Assembly (NCBI RefSeq): GCF_000372725.1
Contig: NW_005201392.1
Coordinates: 723,660 to 787,659 of the forward strand
Reading direction: 5' to 3'
Origin: Emiliania huxleyi CCMP1516
Taxonomy: Eukaryota
DNA length: 64,000 nt
The stretch's first letter is position 1. Every line of letters starts with the position of its first letter. The translations under genes and the position numbers were made by a program. Shown here one piece after another: positions 53,723-64,000 of the stretch. The notes under the pieces were generated by a model. That model saw only the letters and a program-made list of their open reading frames with translations. It searched no databases and had not been told where the DNA came from.

Positions 53723-54150
53723 GATGGTGCTCCCCTTATTCCTCCTTGACGCGCCGCTGCTCGAGGCTGACTTGCGCCTTGAGAGAACTCACCTGCACAC
53801 GACGCGCGCACGCCCGCGGTGGAGGCGGGAGCGCTCCGTGGCAGGGCGGGGGGCAAGGGGCTGTGGGAAGGGGAGGGCGAGGAAGGGCAGGGCGACTGAT
53901 GCTGGCAGGGAGGGGGGGGAGGGAGGGAGGGGGGGGAGGGAGGGAGGGAGGGAGGGAGGGAGGGAGGGAGGGGTGATTTACGCTCACTTAGGAGTTCTTC
54001 CTCCCCCCCTCCCCCTCCAGCTCCACGCGACGCGCACGCGGCAGCCGGCACTACATTTAGAGAGATTATTACTTGTTAGTTTCGCGTGCAGGTTATATGC
54101 TAGACCAGTAGACGTCCCAAAATGTTACAGGCACGTGTCTGGGCTCTTTA

Positions 54151-54841
54151 TTAAGCGGCGGCAGAGGGGCTCTCGCCTAGACCGGCTCTGTGCGTTGAAT
54201 AGTAATTAGTATACTGACGTATCAAGAGCAAAGACGGCGTCCCCACACACGTGGTGGCCGGCCAGGGATGTGGCAGTTCTGGGTTGACCACCTTGGCGTG
54301 CGGGCTTGTGTGCACAGCCATCTCCTTGCCGTCGATGGTGCAGTAGCACACGCCGTACGGGTGAACGGTCCACGGGTTGTCGTCGTTTGAGTGCGCTGGC
54401 CGTGTTGATCCAGTACTGAAACTTGTACCGGCCATCGATGCACATGACGGTGACGGGCAACACTCGGCCGTCTTGCTTGACCAGCATGGCCGGCACGTCC
54501 TTGGCGGGCGTCCACAGCCCGTCGAGCCAGTGCTCCATGAGGATCGTGCCGCCCAGGTGTGTGAGGTCGCTGGCTGTGAGGTGGAGGGGCCCAATCATGT
54601 GGTGCGTCTCCTCGGCCACATAGGACTCGACCTTGGGCAGGATGTCTCGGTCGGCGGTGGCGCGGGCGTGCTGCAGCACCGCCTCCCAGCAGCAGTAGTT
54701 GCCGCGCTTGGTCATGCGAGAGGTGGGCGTCTTCCAGAAGGGCATGAAGCAGCCGGGCCCCTTCATTGGGATGCCAGTGTAGTCACAGACATAGTGGCTG
54801 ACCTTCGCCTCGGCATCCACGTGGAGGGTGTGGCGGCCCAT
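54151..54841 (-). pseudogene. Giant-virus VLTF2 (A1L)-like gene, frameshifted near 54385
   Basis: CDYTGIPMKGPGCFMP...RGNYCCWEAVLQHA...LTHLGGTILMEHW parallels the NCLDV VLTF2 pattern CxxC.HPF...MP...GNFCSWSC..AY...L..FGG.L.IEEF. Intronless; the GC3-biased frame switches near 54385. Confidence 0.55.
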
Positions 54842-55191
54842 TTTGGGTTCGAATTTCTCAACCCCCCTATCAAGAGCGGGCGGCCTTTCCTCTCGGCACC
54901 ATTCCTGTCGGCCGCGTCGTCGGCGCACGCTGGACCGTGGTGACGGACGACGAGGAGACGGACGAGGAGTAGTCGTAGCGCAGTGTCACGCGACCCTTAT
55001 ACACACGGCGCCCCCCTGAGATTTGATTGAGATGCAGATGAGCTCGCGAGCTCGCGCGTGTGTTTCGTCGGTCGGCCGTCCTCTTCACACATCTCACTGA
55101 GATTGGTATCCAAATTCCATGTTCACAGCAATTGTCTCCCCTTTTTTTTCACCACCTGAGATCCCGAATCTCAGCCCTGCAATTATGACCC

Positions 55192-55350
55192 CAACTGCCC
55201 TGCCCTGCCCTGCCCTGCCCTGCCGTACTGCCCTGCCCGCATACTGCCGCACAACTGCCCTGCCCGATCCCCTACCTGCCCCGGGTGTGAAACCCACACT
55301 GCCCTGCCCTGCCCTGCCCACACTGCCGAGGTGTGAATACCTGCCCGCTC
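55192..55350. repeat. CTGCC(C) repeat array, possibly transposon subterminal repeats
   Basis: Many CTGCCC units. No partner end found in the window. Confidence 0.55.
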
Positions 55351-55755
55351 CCGAGGTCTCGGAGAAACTTAGAGTACACGTATATGCACACACAACGCTC
55401 TCGCGCGGCAGAGAAGAATTTTACCGCAAAACTCCCTCGCAGAGGAGAAACTGCTGCGTGGTGCACGCCCTCCGAGCGGGGCGGGGTCTGCCCGTCGGGT
55501 TGCTGCCCTAATCCCACCAGGGTTTGACTGCTCTATTTATTTATAGGAGAAACTGAGGAACTGTCGAGCCGGTGGTGCGTTCTTTCTTTCTTTTGGAGAA
55601 ACTGTCGACCGCAGGCTCAATCACGGCGAATTGGTGTGTCGCTTAGAACGCCGCGTATCCTCGTCAGCGAAAGTCTGCGCGCACTCACTTTCCACGCCCA
55701 ATCGCCAGCCAGCGGCCCCCACCTTCCTCGTCGTGGCTGTCTGTCGCTGCAGGCA

Positions 55756-55935
<180 letters not shown>

Positions 55936-56212
55936 ATTTTCACACTCACACACTGCAGGCACAGCGCATGTCAGTTGCGGTGCAGCTCCGCGGCGGCGGA
56001 TGAGATCGCGACCGAGCTCCGGCTCGCCGCGGCGTCGGAGGGCGCCACCACCGCCTGACTGGCCTTGCGTTACTACGCGCCTCGCCGTGTGTCTGTAACC
56101 TCCTGGCGTTTGTGCCCCGTCAGTGCTAGCGTCAGTGCCGCGTCCTGTGCCCGCGAGTTCATTTAACAAAAAACCGGTGTCGATCGCCGAGTTTTCTTCT
56201 CGCGCGCGTAAA

Positions 56213-56530
56213 AGGAGTCGCTTAGGCGGCTCCGGTGGTGTGCCGGTGTGTGTGTACCAGTCCGCGCCAGTCCGCGCCCTTGTTGATTGTGCCAGAGCAG
56301 TGTGCCGTGAGAGAGGCTTGTATTCTAAGAACTTTTCGCGTGTTCTAGCCTGCCCAGTGCGCGCCAGTCCCGTGCCAATTGTTGTGCGATGGAGTTTCGT
56401 TCTAAAATTCGTTTCGCGTGGTGTGTACCTGCCTGAGCTGTGTTAGTGCCAGTGCGCGCCAGTCCCTTGCCCGGTGTTGTCTGGGTGTTGTGCGAGGCAC
56501 TTGGCATGCGGTAAATTCATCTTTTCCCTC
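56213..56530 (+). mobile_element. Three head-to-tail retroelement 3' tails (same family as 32264-32370)
   Basis: Each unit has CCAGT(G/C)CGCGCCAGTCC and ends in TAA...TTTC. Confidence 0.65.
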
Positions 56531-56985
56531 CGAGGACTGCCGCACTTGCATATAATCGAATTGCCACCTCACTCATGACCCCACAGCCCTGTCTCTAGGT
56601 CCAGACACTCCACGCACCACGCTGGAAGAAAGAGTAAGCCCAATCATCATCAGCTCTAGCTGTGATACATCTAGCTTTGTCCTTTGATATTTAAGCCTTT
56701 GAGCCGTAATTTCCAGGGTGGGGAGTCAGCCTAGCCAGCGCAGCGCGAACTTGCCGTCTGAGCCTAGCTAGCGAGCGCAGGCAGCGCGAGCTCGCTCTGA
56801 GCCTAGCGCAGCGCGAACCCGCGCACACAAAAGCTTTTGCGCAGCAACCCGGCCGGGCAACCCTTGAAATAAAGTTACTCTCGTGAGGCTGGCAATTGAA
56901 CGCAATGTTCACACCTCACGCAGAAAAGGTTATGTTGCAGGCGAGCTGAGGCGGTCGGTTCGCGGGGCTTGTGCTCGGTGTGTAT

Positions 56986-58703
56986 ATGGATCGCTGGAGC
57001 TTCATCCTCGGCGTGGCCGTCGCCGTCATCCTGCGCAAGGTCGTCGACGTCCTCGGCGAGCCGTATCACGTCGCGAGCAGCATCCAAGTGGGCGAGCCCA
57101 AGTGGGTGCAGCCCATCAAGCGGCTGATGGACGGCGGGCATGAGGCGAACCGGCAGCTGGCTGTGGGCGACGTGCTCTCGGCCGTGGCGGCGCAGCAGCT
57201 GCACCACGCACACACGCTCGCCAATGCCCTCTCTGCCTCCATCGAGGCACCGCTCGCGCTGCGCTCCGCCGTCGTGGGCCTCGGCGTGCGCGTGCTGCTG
57301 GCGCTGGCGGCCGTCTGGTCGATGGCTCCGATCGCCCGCGCCGGCGTGCGGCGGCTGTCGCGCCCGCGGCCCGCCATGCGCAGCTGGCTCGCGCAGGTCG
57401 AGCAGCGGCTGCTCGGCTCTCCCTGGCTCGGCCGTGGCCAGAGAGGCTCGCCCTTGCCTCTCAACCGCACTCACGCGTGCTTCATGCGTGAGCAGGCTCG
57501 GCTGCCTCGTCACCGGCCTCATCCTCGCCGCCGCCGTCGCCGTCATCGTGCAAGCCGCGCCGCCTCCTCCGCCCTCCCCTCCCGCGGCGGCAGAGTGGCA
57601 CGAGCGCGCGACGCACCCGTCCGCTGTGAGACCGCCACAGGAGGGCGCGTGCGCCGCCTCCCGGGCGCGCGGGCACGGCGTTGGCGCGGGTCCCAAGCAT
57701 GCGTCTTGAATTCAGTAAACTTGTCAGGCGCGGGGGCCGGTGTGGCGCGGCGCCGCCGTCGGCAGCGCCTTTTGGCGCCGGTTGGTCGGCGCGAAAGCCG
57801 ATGGTTGCTGCGGCTCGGAGGGCTGCGCCGCGCCGGATGGGAGTGGCGACGAGGCAGGTGGCGAGGGCGGTGAGTCGGCGGAGCAGCGTTTGCTGCTGCA
57901 GCACCTCGGCACGCGCCTCCCCGCGCTGCCGCGCCACCCCTGACACAAGCTGGATCCCGACCAGTTGACCCTCAGGCTTGCCGCTTCTCTCCGCGCTGAC
58001 CCGCCTCCTGGGCGGGGGCTACCGCCGCCTCGCCGCCGCGCTGCGCCAGCTGCGGCCCGCGCTGTGCTGCCTCGGCGTCCAGGCCTCCCTCGCCTCCCTG
58101 CTGCTACTCGCAATGCGGCTCCGGCAGCGGCTGCAGCAGCGCGACTCGAGCAACTACGCAAAGTGGTTCGGCGCCTCCGCCGCAAACGGCGCCGCCACCC
58201 CGCCGCTGCTGCCGCCGCAGCCTCGCCGGTCCAGCAGCGGCGGCGTGGCGGCGGCGGCGGCGGCGGCGCTCAGCTCGCCGACGGGTGCGGAGGGCGCTGG
58301 CTCTCGACAGTGCGTGAGAAGCTTCCGCGAAGCTACTCCGAGCCTTCCTGCAGGCGCGGAGCGGCTCTCGTCGATGCGCGAGAACCTGAGCCGGTCGAGG
58401 GAGCAGCTCGGCCAGTTCCAGGCCAGCCTCGAGCCCGAGACCGCAGCGGGGCTGGACCGAGGCTGCCCCGAGATGACGCGAGACCCGAAAGCGTAGGTCA
58501 ACCTCGAGTCCAAGATCCTCGACCTCGCCGACCAGAGCCGCCGCCGCCGCATGGCTGGGCTGTACGGGCTGCGCCGGCTCGGCGCAGCGGCGCAGCTGCT
58601 CCTCTGCCTCGTCCCTGCGTACGAGCTCGCCTCCCTCTGGTGGACCCTGTGGTGGGACCTCTCCCTGCGCCGCGGGGCAGGCCGCGCCTCGCTCAGCGCC
58701 GAC

Positions 58704-58734
<31 letters not shown>

Positions 58735-61700
58735 GGTTCCGCGCGCTCGCGTCGCTCTGCTTCCTGCTTTGGCTGCAGTCTGTCGGCCGCACATGCTGGC
58801 TGCTGCTCTCGCTCGCCCTAGTGCGCGACGACGCGACGGAGACCTCCTTCGTCGACGCGATGACTTTCACGTCCATCGCGCCGCGCGTCGAGCGGCTCCT
58901 CTCCGCGGCGACGCGCGGCCTTGCCATCTTTCCGCCCGGCTATGTCTTTTGGTACGCGGCGGCGCTCGAGCTGCTCAACTGCCGCGGCCCGCGCCTGGCC
59001 CAGATGGCGCTGCTCGGCACCGGCCTCGGCGTCTCGCAGGTCCTCGGCTCCGCTACGTCCCTCGCGCCCTCCGCTGCGACCGCCGCGCTCTGGCGCGGTT
59101 GGGCCGAGCAGGCGCGCGCGCTCGTGCCGCTCGTCGCGCTGTTGCAGTCGGCGGGCAGCTTCGACGCGCCTCCCCCGCGCTGCCTGCTGCTGCTCGCCGC
59201 GCCGTCTCTCCTCTCCGGCTACGCCCCTCTCCCTCGAGGACGGACAGGTAAGGCGCGTCAGCGCACGAACGAGTCGTGCGTGGGTAGGCTTCGCCCTCTT
59301 CCTCGAGGACCGGCGTGCCGCTTGCCCCGCCGGCGACGACAAGCCACCGGGACCGGGCCCCGCCAGCCCGGACGCGGCCCCGCCGCGCACGCCGTCGCCG
59401 CGGCGCACTTTCTGGGGCGACGAGTCCCGCTTCAGCGACGTGACCGCGCGCAACGCGTCGCTGCGCGGCCTCGTGCGCCTCATCGCCGGGGAGTTTGGGA
59501 GCGAGCCGCTGCTGCCGGCATCGCTGCTGCGGCCCAAGCGGATGCCCTCATTCACAAGTTCATTGGGAAGCGCATGAATCCACCCCTCCCTCAGGACTCG
59601 CTGCTGCGGCTCAAGCGGATGCACTCGCGCGTGCGCGCGGCGGCCTCCAAGGCGTCGGAGAGCGCCAGCCTCAACTTCCTGGCGCGGCTGCTCGGCGAGG
59701 GAGGGCCGATCCACACGGCGCTGCTCACGTCGGGCGGCTCGCCGCTGCCGTCGGAGCTGCTGCCGGTGGCGCGGCTGCTGCTCGACCACTCGCACCGCGT
59801 GGCGAACGAGCCGCGGATCGGCTCTGCCGTCGCGCAGCTCTGGCCGATGGGCGGGTCGCTGCTCGCTTCGCTGCTGCACGACGTCTTCCTCTCGCAGCAC
59901 GGGCGGTGGATGCTGCGCCGCGGCTTGTGCGCGCTGCAGGCCCAAGAGGAGGAGATGGCGCCGCCGGACGAGGTTCGCTTCCCGCGCGAGCTGCTGCACG
60001 GGCTCAAGAAGTGGACTCTCATGCCTGCGGTCGGCGTGCGCGGGTGCGTCGTGGCGCACGACGACCTCAAGGCGGACAGCGCGGTGCCGGCCTCGCGCAT
60101 CTTCTCGATGCGGGACGACCCTCGGACGGGGCACACCGCTGCCGCGGAGGCTTGTTCAGAGACTGTTGGTTCTTCACGCGCAGCTTGTCCTGTTTTAGGC
60201 AGCCGTTGCCGTGGACGCCGGTGATCCGCGTGGCCGCCCGCTGCTACACCACGCTCGGCAAGGACGGCCAGCCAGTGCGGCTCGTCCTCGACACTAAGAA
60301 CTTGGTGCGCATCCGGCGCGTCGGCTACTTCACCGAGTGCTCACCGAGGGCGTCGCTCGTCTCACCGCTGTGCCGCGTCTCTTCACGCAGCAGCTGCGAA
60401 CAGGTGCTCGCCGAGGGCGTCGCTCTTCAACGCGCGCGTCACCGCCGTGCACGCGGCCGCCCCCGCGCCGCAGACGGAGCGCTTCGCCCCCGGCGGCCGC
60501 CCCGCCACGCCGCGCGGTGCAGCCGCCGCGGCGCTCGCGGAGAGCGCGCTCGCCGGACTCGAGGCGGAGAAGGAATCCGCCACTTAGTTAAGGGAGCGGC
60601 TCATTGACTGACCGATGCGCCCTCCGGGCCCTAGGCGGGGCTCGCTGTCCGCGCGGCGGAGCGCACCGAGTCGGCAGCGCGCGTGGCGGCGGAGGAGGGG
60701 AGCGGGCGGCGGCGGGGCGGCGAGGCGACTTGCACCGTCGAGTACGTGGACGACCTCGAGGCGTGCCGCCGAGATGTCGTAAAGGGAGGGAGAGAGAGGA
60801 GAGAGGCGAGAAGGGGGGAGAGAAAGAGAGGAGAGAGACGGCGCTGCTGCTGGCCGAGGAGCGACGCCGGGCGGGGTGCGAGGGCGGGAGTGTGTCGCCG
60901 GTGTGCCGACAACACCCTTGTCGCTGCCAGGTGCTGCTCGCCAAGGACGACGCGGAGCAGGAGGCCGAGTTCAACTTCATCACGCTCATCGACCTGCCGG
61001 TGCCGCCGTGGCGCATGCCGCTGCACGTGTGGATGCGAGGCATGCAGGTCGACCTCACGATGGTCGGCTCGGCGCGGCAGGGCGAGAAGCTCCTCTCCCT
61101 CGAGTGGGAGGCGGCCTCGCCAGAGGACGAGGCGCGCGGCCGCGTCGGCTCCGTCATCATCTGCCTTGACGTCGACCCGCTCGACGTGGCGGTGCGAGAA
61201 GCAGCCGAGATGCAGCCGAGATGCAGCCGAGATGCAGCCGAGGTGCAGCCGAGGTGGCGGTGCGGCTGGCCCAAAAGAGGAGGCTCGTTCGCTTGGGTTG
61301 ACGATTTGAATGTGGAGCGTTTGAACGGTGAGGTGCGGCTGCCCGAGATTGGCCTGCGGCTGCTCGGCACGGAGCGGCACAAAGACTTGCGCGCCAAGGG
61401 GCGGAACGGCAAGATCGTCGCCCGCCTCCGCCTCGCCATCGAGAAGGGCGGGGCGCTCGCGCCGGCCGGCACGCAGCCCGCGGCACTCGGCCCAGGCCTC
61501 TACCTCACCGTCGAGCACATCTCGCTTAAGCTAGAGGACATCCGGATCGAGGCGCCCGAACCTACCCGAGATCACCTGACAGTACCCGAGATTACCTGAG
61601 ATTACCTGGAGGAATCCGGGTCGAGGGCCTCCTCCACCGTCAAGGGCGATTCATTACGAACGGAGGTTGAGCCAGTCCTCACCCAGTGATAGGCCTCCTC

Positions 61701-64000
61701 CACCGTCAAGGGCGGCACGCGCACCGGCCTCGTCCGGCTCGCCGCCTCCGCCTCGGGCCTCATCTCCGCCTTCACGCCCGAGTGGATGGCGAACAAGCTC
61801 TGGCGGCCGGTGCCAACGTCTCGATCGAGGAGGCCGTCGGCGAGATGACCCGAGATGACCCGAGATCGGCCGAGAGCAGGTGCTCACCTCGATCGAGGAG
61901 GCCATCGTCGAGAACAACCAGTCCAACCCCGTGCTGCTGGTCCAGGAGCTCCACCTCCTCGCCGACGTCGCGACCTACCTCCAGCGCGCGATGCGCCGCC
62001 AGGCGGACCGCGAGACGGCACTCGAGCAGAGCCTCAAGGTCAAGTACGCCCGCCGCCTCCTCGCGCGGGCAAAGGTCCGAGCGAGGCGCGCGCGCGAGGA
62101 CATCTCCGCCGCCGCCGGCATCTCGCGCCACGGCTACCTCTGGCGACTGCTCATATAACACAGCATGAGATGACATCACGTAACAGGCATCTCGCACCAC
62201 GGCTACCTCTGGCGACTGCTCATATAACACAGCATGAGATGACATCACGTAACAGGCATCTCGCACCACGGCTACCTCTGGCGACTGCTCGACTCGCCGC
62301 ACTCTGTCGGCAGCGCCCTCTCGCCCGAGGCGTTCGGATCAAGTCGCGCGCCACCCGCGCGACGAGCGCCCCGTCACGCGTGCTGCGGTGAACAGGCTCT
62401 CATGTCGCTCGCCGCCGTCGCGTCGAGCTCGCGCGCCACGGCAGCTCGCCTGCGGCCGCGCCGCTCCCTCGGGGGCGCCTTGTCTGACAGCTCGGGAGCC
62501 GTCCTGCAGGCGCGCCCGCAGCGGCACCGCTCCCTCGAGGAGGGCGGGCGGGCCTCGCTCTCCGACGGGTGGCAGTCGCGCCGCTCGATCTTGCGGGCGA
62601 GCCAGGCGGCGGCGGCGGGCTGGCGCCGCGTCTACGTCGTGCTCGGCGGCGGGCGGCTGCGCGAGTACCGGAACTTGCAGGCCGCCCGCGACGACATCGT
62701 TTCGCGCCTCGTCCTGACGGCACAGCGCGGGCCTAGTGCGCTGACTAGGCTTGCTCGATGGTGCGTGAGTGGTTGCGGCGACTCATTAGGCGCAGCGCGG
62801 GTCCGACGTGCGCGCGGCGCGTGTGGTGCCACCGCGCGAGGATCGCGCGTGGTGTGCCTCGAGCTGGACGTGGCGTGGACGTGTCACGGACGCGTCTTTG
62901 GACGTGCCTCTAGGGCCGCGAGTGGTGCCTCGAGCTGGATGTGCAGGGGCTAATGAAGGCGCTCGAGCGGAAGACGTACGCGTGCGAGACGCAGGAGGGC
63001 CGCGCCGCCCGCCGGAGCACGGCCGCGGACACGCCCGTCACTCGTCCCCTCTCCGCGCAGGAGGGACGCCGCCGGTGGGCCGATTGCGCGCGGTTGGAGG
63101 CGCGGACACCCGCGCGGCTCAGCCTCGAGTCCGCCATCGGCCAGGCCGGCCACTCCATCACGAGCGCCTTCAGCCATCTGCGGCTGCCGCTCGGCCTGCG
63201 CAGGGCGCACGTCGCGCCGTTCGAGGAGGGCGCCGCCACGCCGACGCGGACGCCGCCCTCGCCCGTCTTCCTGTCTGCCTGCTCGCACGCCGCCGCGCCA
63301 CGCGGCGGCTCGCGCCCCGCCTCCCCGGCCGCCGACCCCGCCGCCGAGCCGTCGGAGGGGCAGGCGCGCGCCTCGACCGCCTCGTCGGCTCCGCGGCGCC
63401 TGGCCGGCGCGTGCTCGTCCGCCACGGGGACGGAGTGGTGCAAGCCGCTGCCGCTCCCCCCCTCGCTGGCGGTGGGGGGCGCCGAGCCTGAGCCGCACTC
63501 CTCGCGGGGCACTCCCACGAGCCCTCTCGGACCCCGTCCTTGGTAGGCCCTCGAGCCGGCGCAGCGCCTCTCGGGCCGTTCGCCCAGCTCGCCCCGATGG
63601 CAGCGCCTGGCGCAGGCCAAGCTCGAGGAGATTGGCAAGGAGATCTCAAAGACGAGCGAGGAGATCGGCAAGGCGGCGCAGGCCAAGCTCGACGAGATTG
63701 GCAAGGCGGCGGGCTCGTCGCAGCGCAAGGCGCAGGAGCGGGTGAGCGCGCTCGTCCACTTTGCGCAGGAGCAGGTGGCGATCTCTCGCCGCTCGTCGAG
63801 CCCCGCCGCCGTGAGCATATCTGGGGGCGGCAAGGCGCGGCCCTGCCGGCCTTCGCGCCCGCCCCGCCCGCCCCGAGAAGGGGACGCGTGCGCAACCTTC
63901 CCGGGCGCGTGCAGCAGCGAGACCCCGGCAATCACCGCCTGCCCGCTGCGCGGCGGCGCCATCATGTGCCGCTCGAGCTCGTCGCCGTCGACGCCACGCG
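56986..64000 (+). CDS. Large multi-exon hypothetical membrane protein with a PH-like segment; may be more than one gene and is incomplete at the window end
   Basis: Chain of GC3-biased plus-strand exons with hydrophobic segments. GW...GWRRVYVVLGGGRLREY (62567-62670) resembles the first strands of a PH domain. Confidence 0.5.
62117..62290 (+). repeat. 69-bp tandem repeat (2.5 units) forming an exon-duplicating intron
   Basis: GGCATCTCGC.CCACGGCTACCTCTGGCGACTGCTC recurs at 62117, 62186 and 62255, separated by an identical 33-nt spacer ending TAACA(G). Confidence 0.9.

Noticed and set aside
62117..62290. CRISPR-like repeat-spacer array
   Set aside because: The spacers are identical, the repeat is coding exon sequence, the context is eukaryotic and there are no cas genes.

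Overview
This is GC-rich (~70%), intron-rich eukaryotic nuclear DNA, most likely from a haptophyte alga of the Emiliania/Gephyrocapsa type. That call is inferred from GC-AG introns, 10-11-bp intronic repeats and RCC1/AP2 family genes. Recognisable genes are a GT32-type glycosyltransferase, a triose-phosphate/DMT transporter, TRM13, a PHO84/PHT1-type phosphate transporter, glucose-6-phosphate isomerase, DDX52/ROK1, an F-box-like RCC1-repeat protein, an AP2-RING protein, XRCC3, a 2OG-Fe(II) oxygenase, RAPTOR, a secreted EF-hand protein and several hypothetical genes. The most striking signal is in the introns. A family of related introner-like inserts, (C/T)TAGAA...CGTA(C/T)(T/G)CAGC(A/T)CG(C/T)AG, sits behind a ~10-nt target duplication that supplies a GC, GA or GT donor. 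Many other ~70-nt introns begin or end with a 13-40-nt copy of the adjacent exon and contain 10-11-bp tandem filler, which suggests ongoing intron creation. Intergenic DNA holds two hAT-like MITE copies with 8-bp TSDs, one nested in an unusual TAACCC-rich element, plus a Helentron-like element. It also holds stacked CRE-like retrotransposon tails, with related tail copies directly ahead of two intronless genes, and a frameshifted giant-virus VLTF2-like gene. All protein identities come from motif recognition by eye; no database searches were run.
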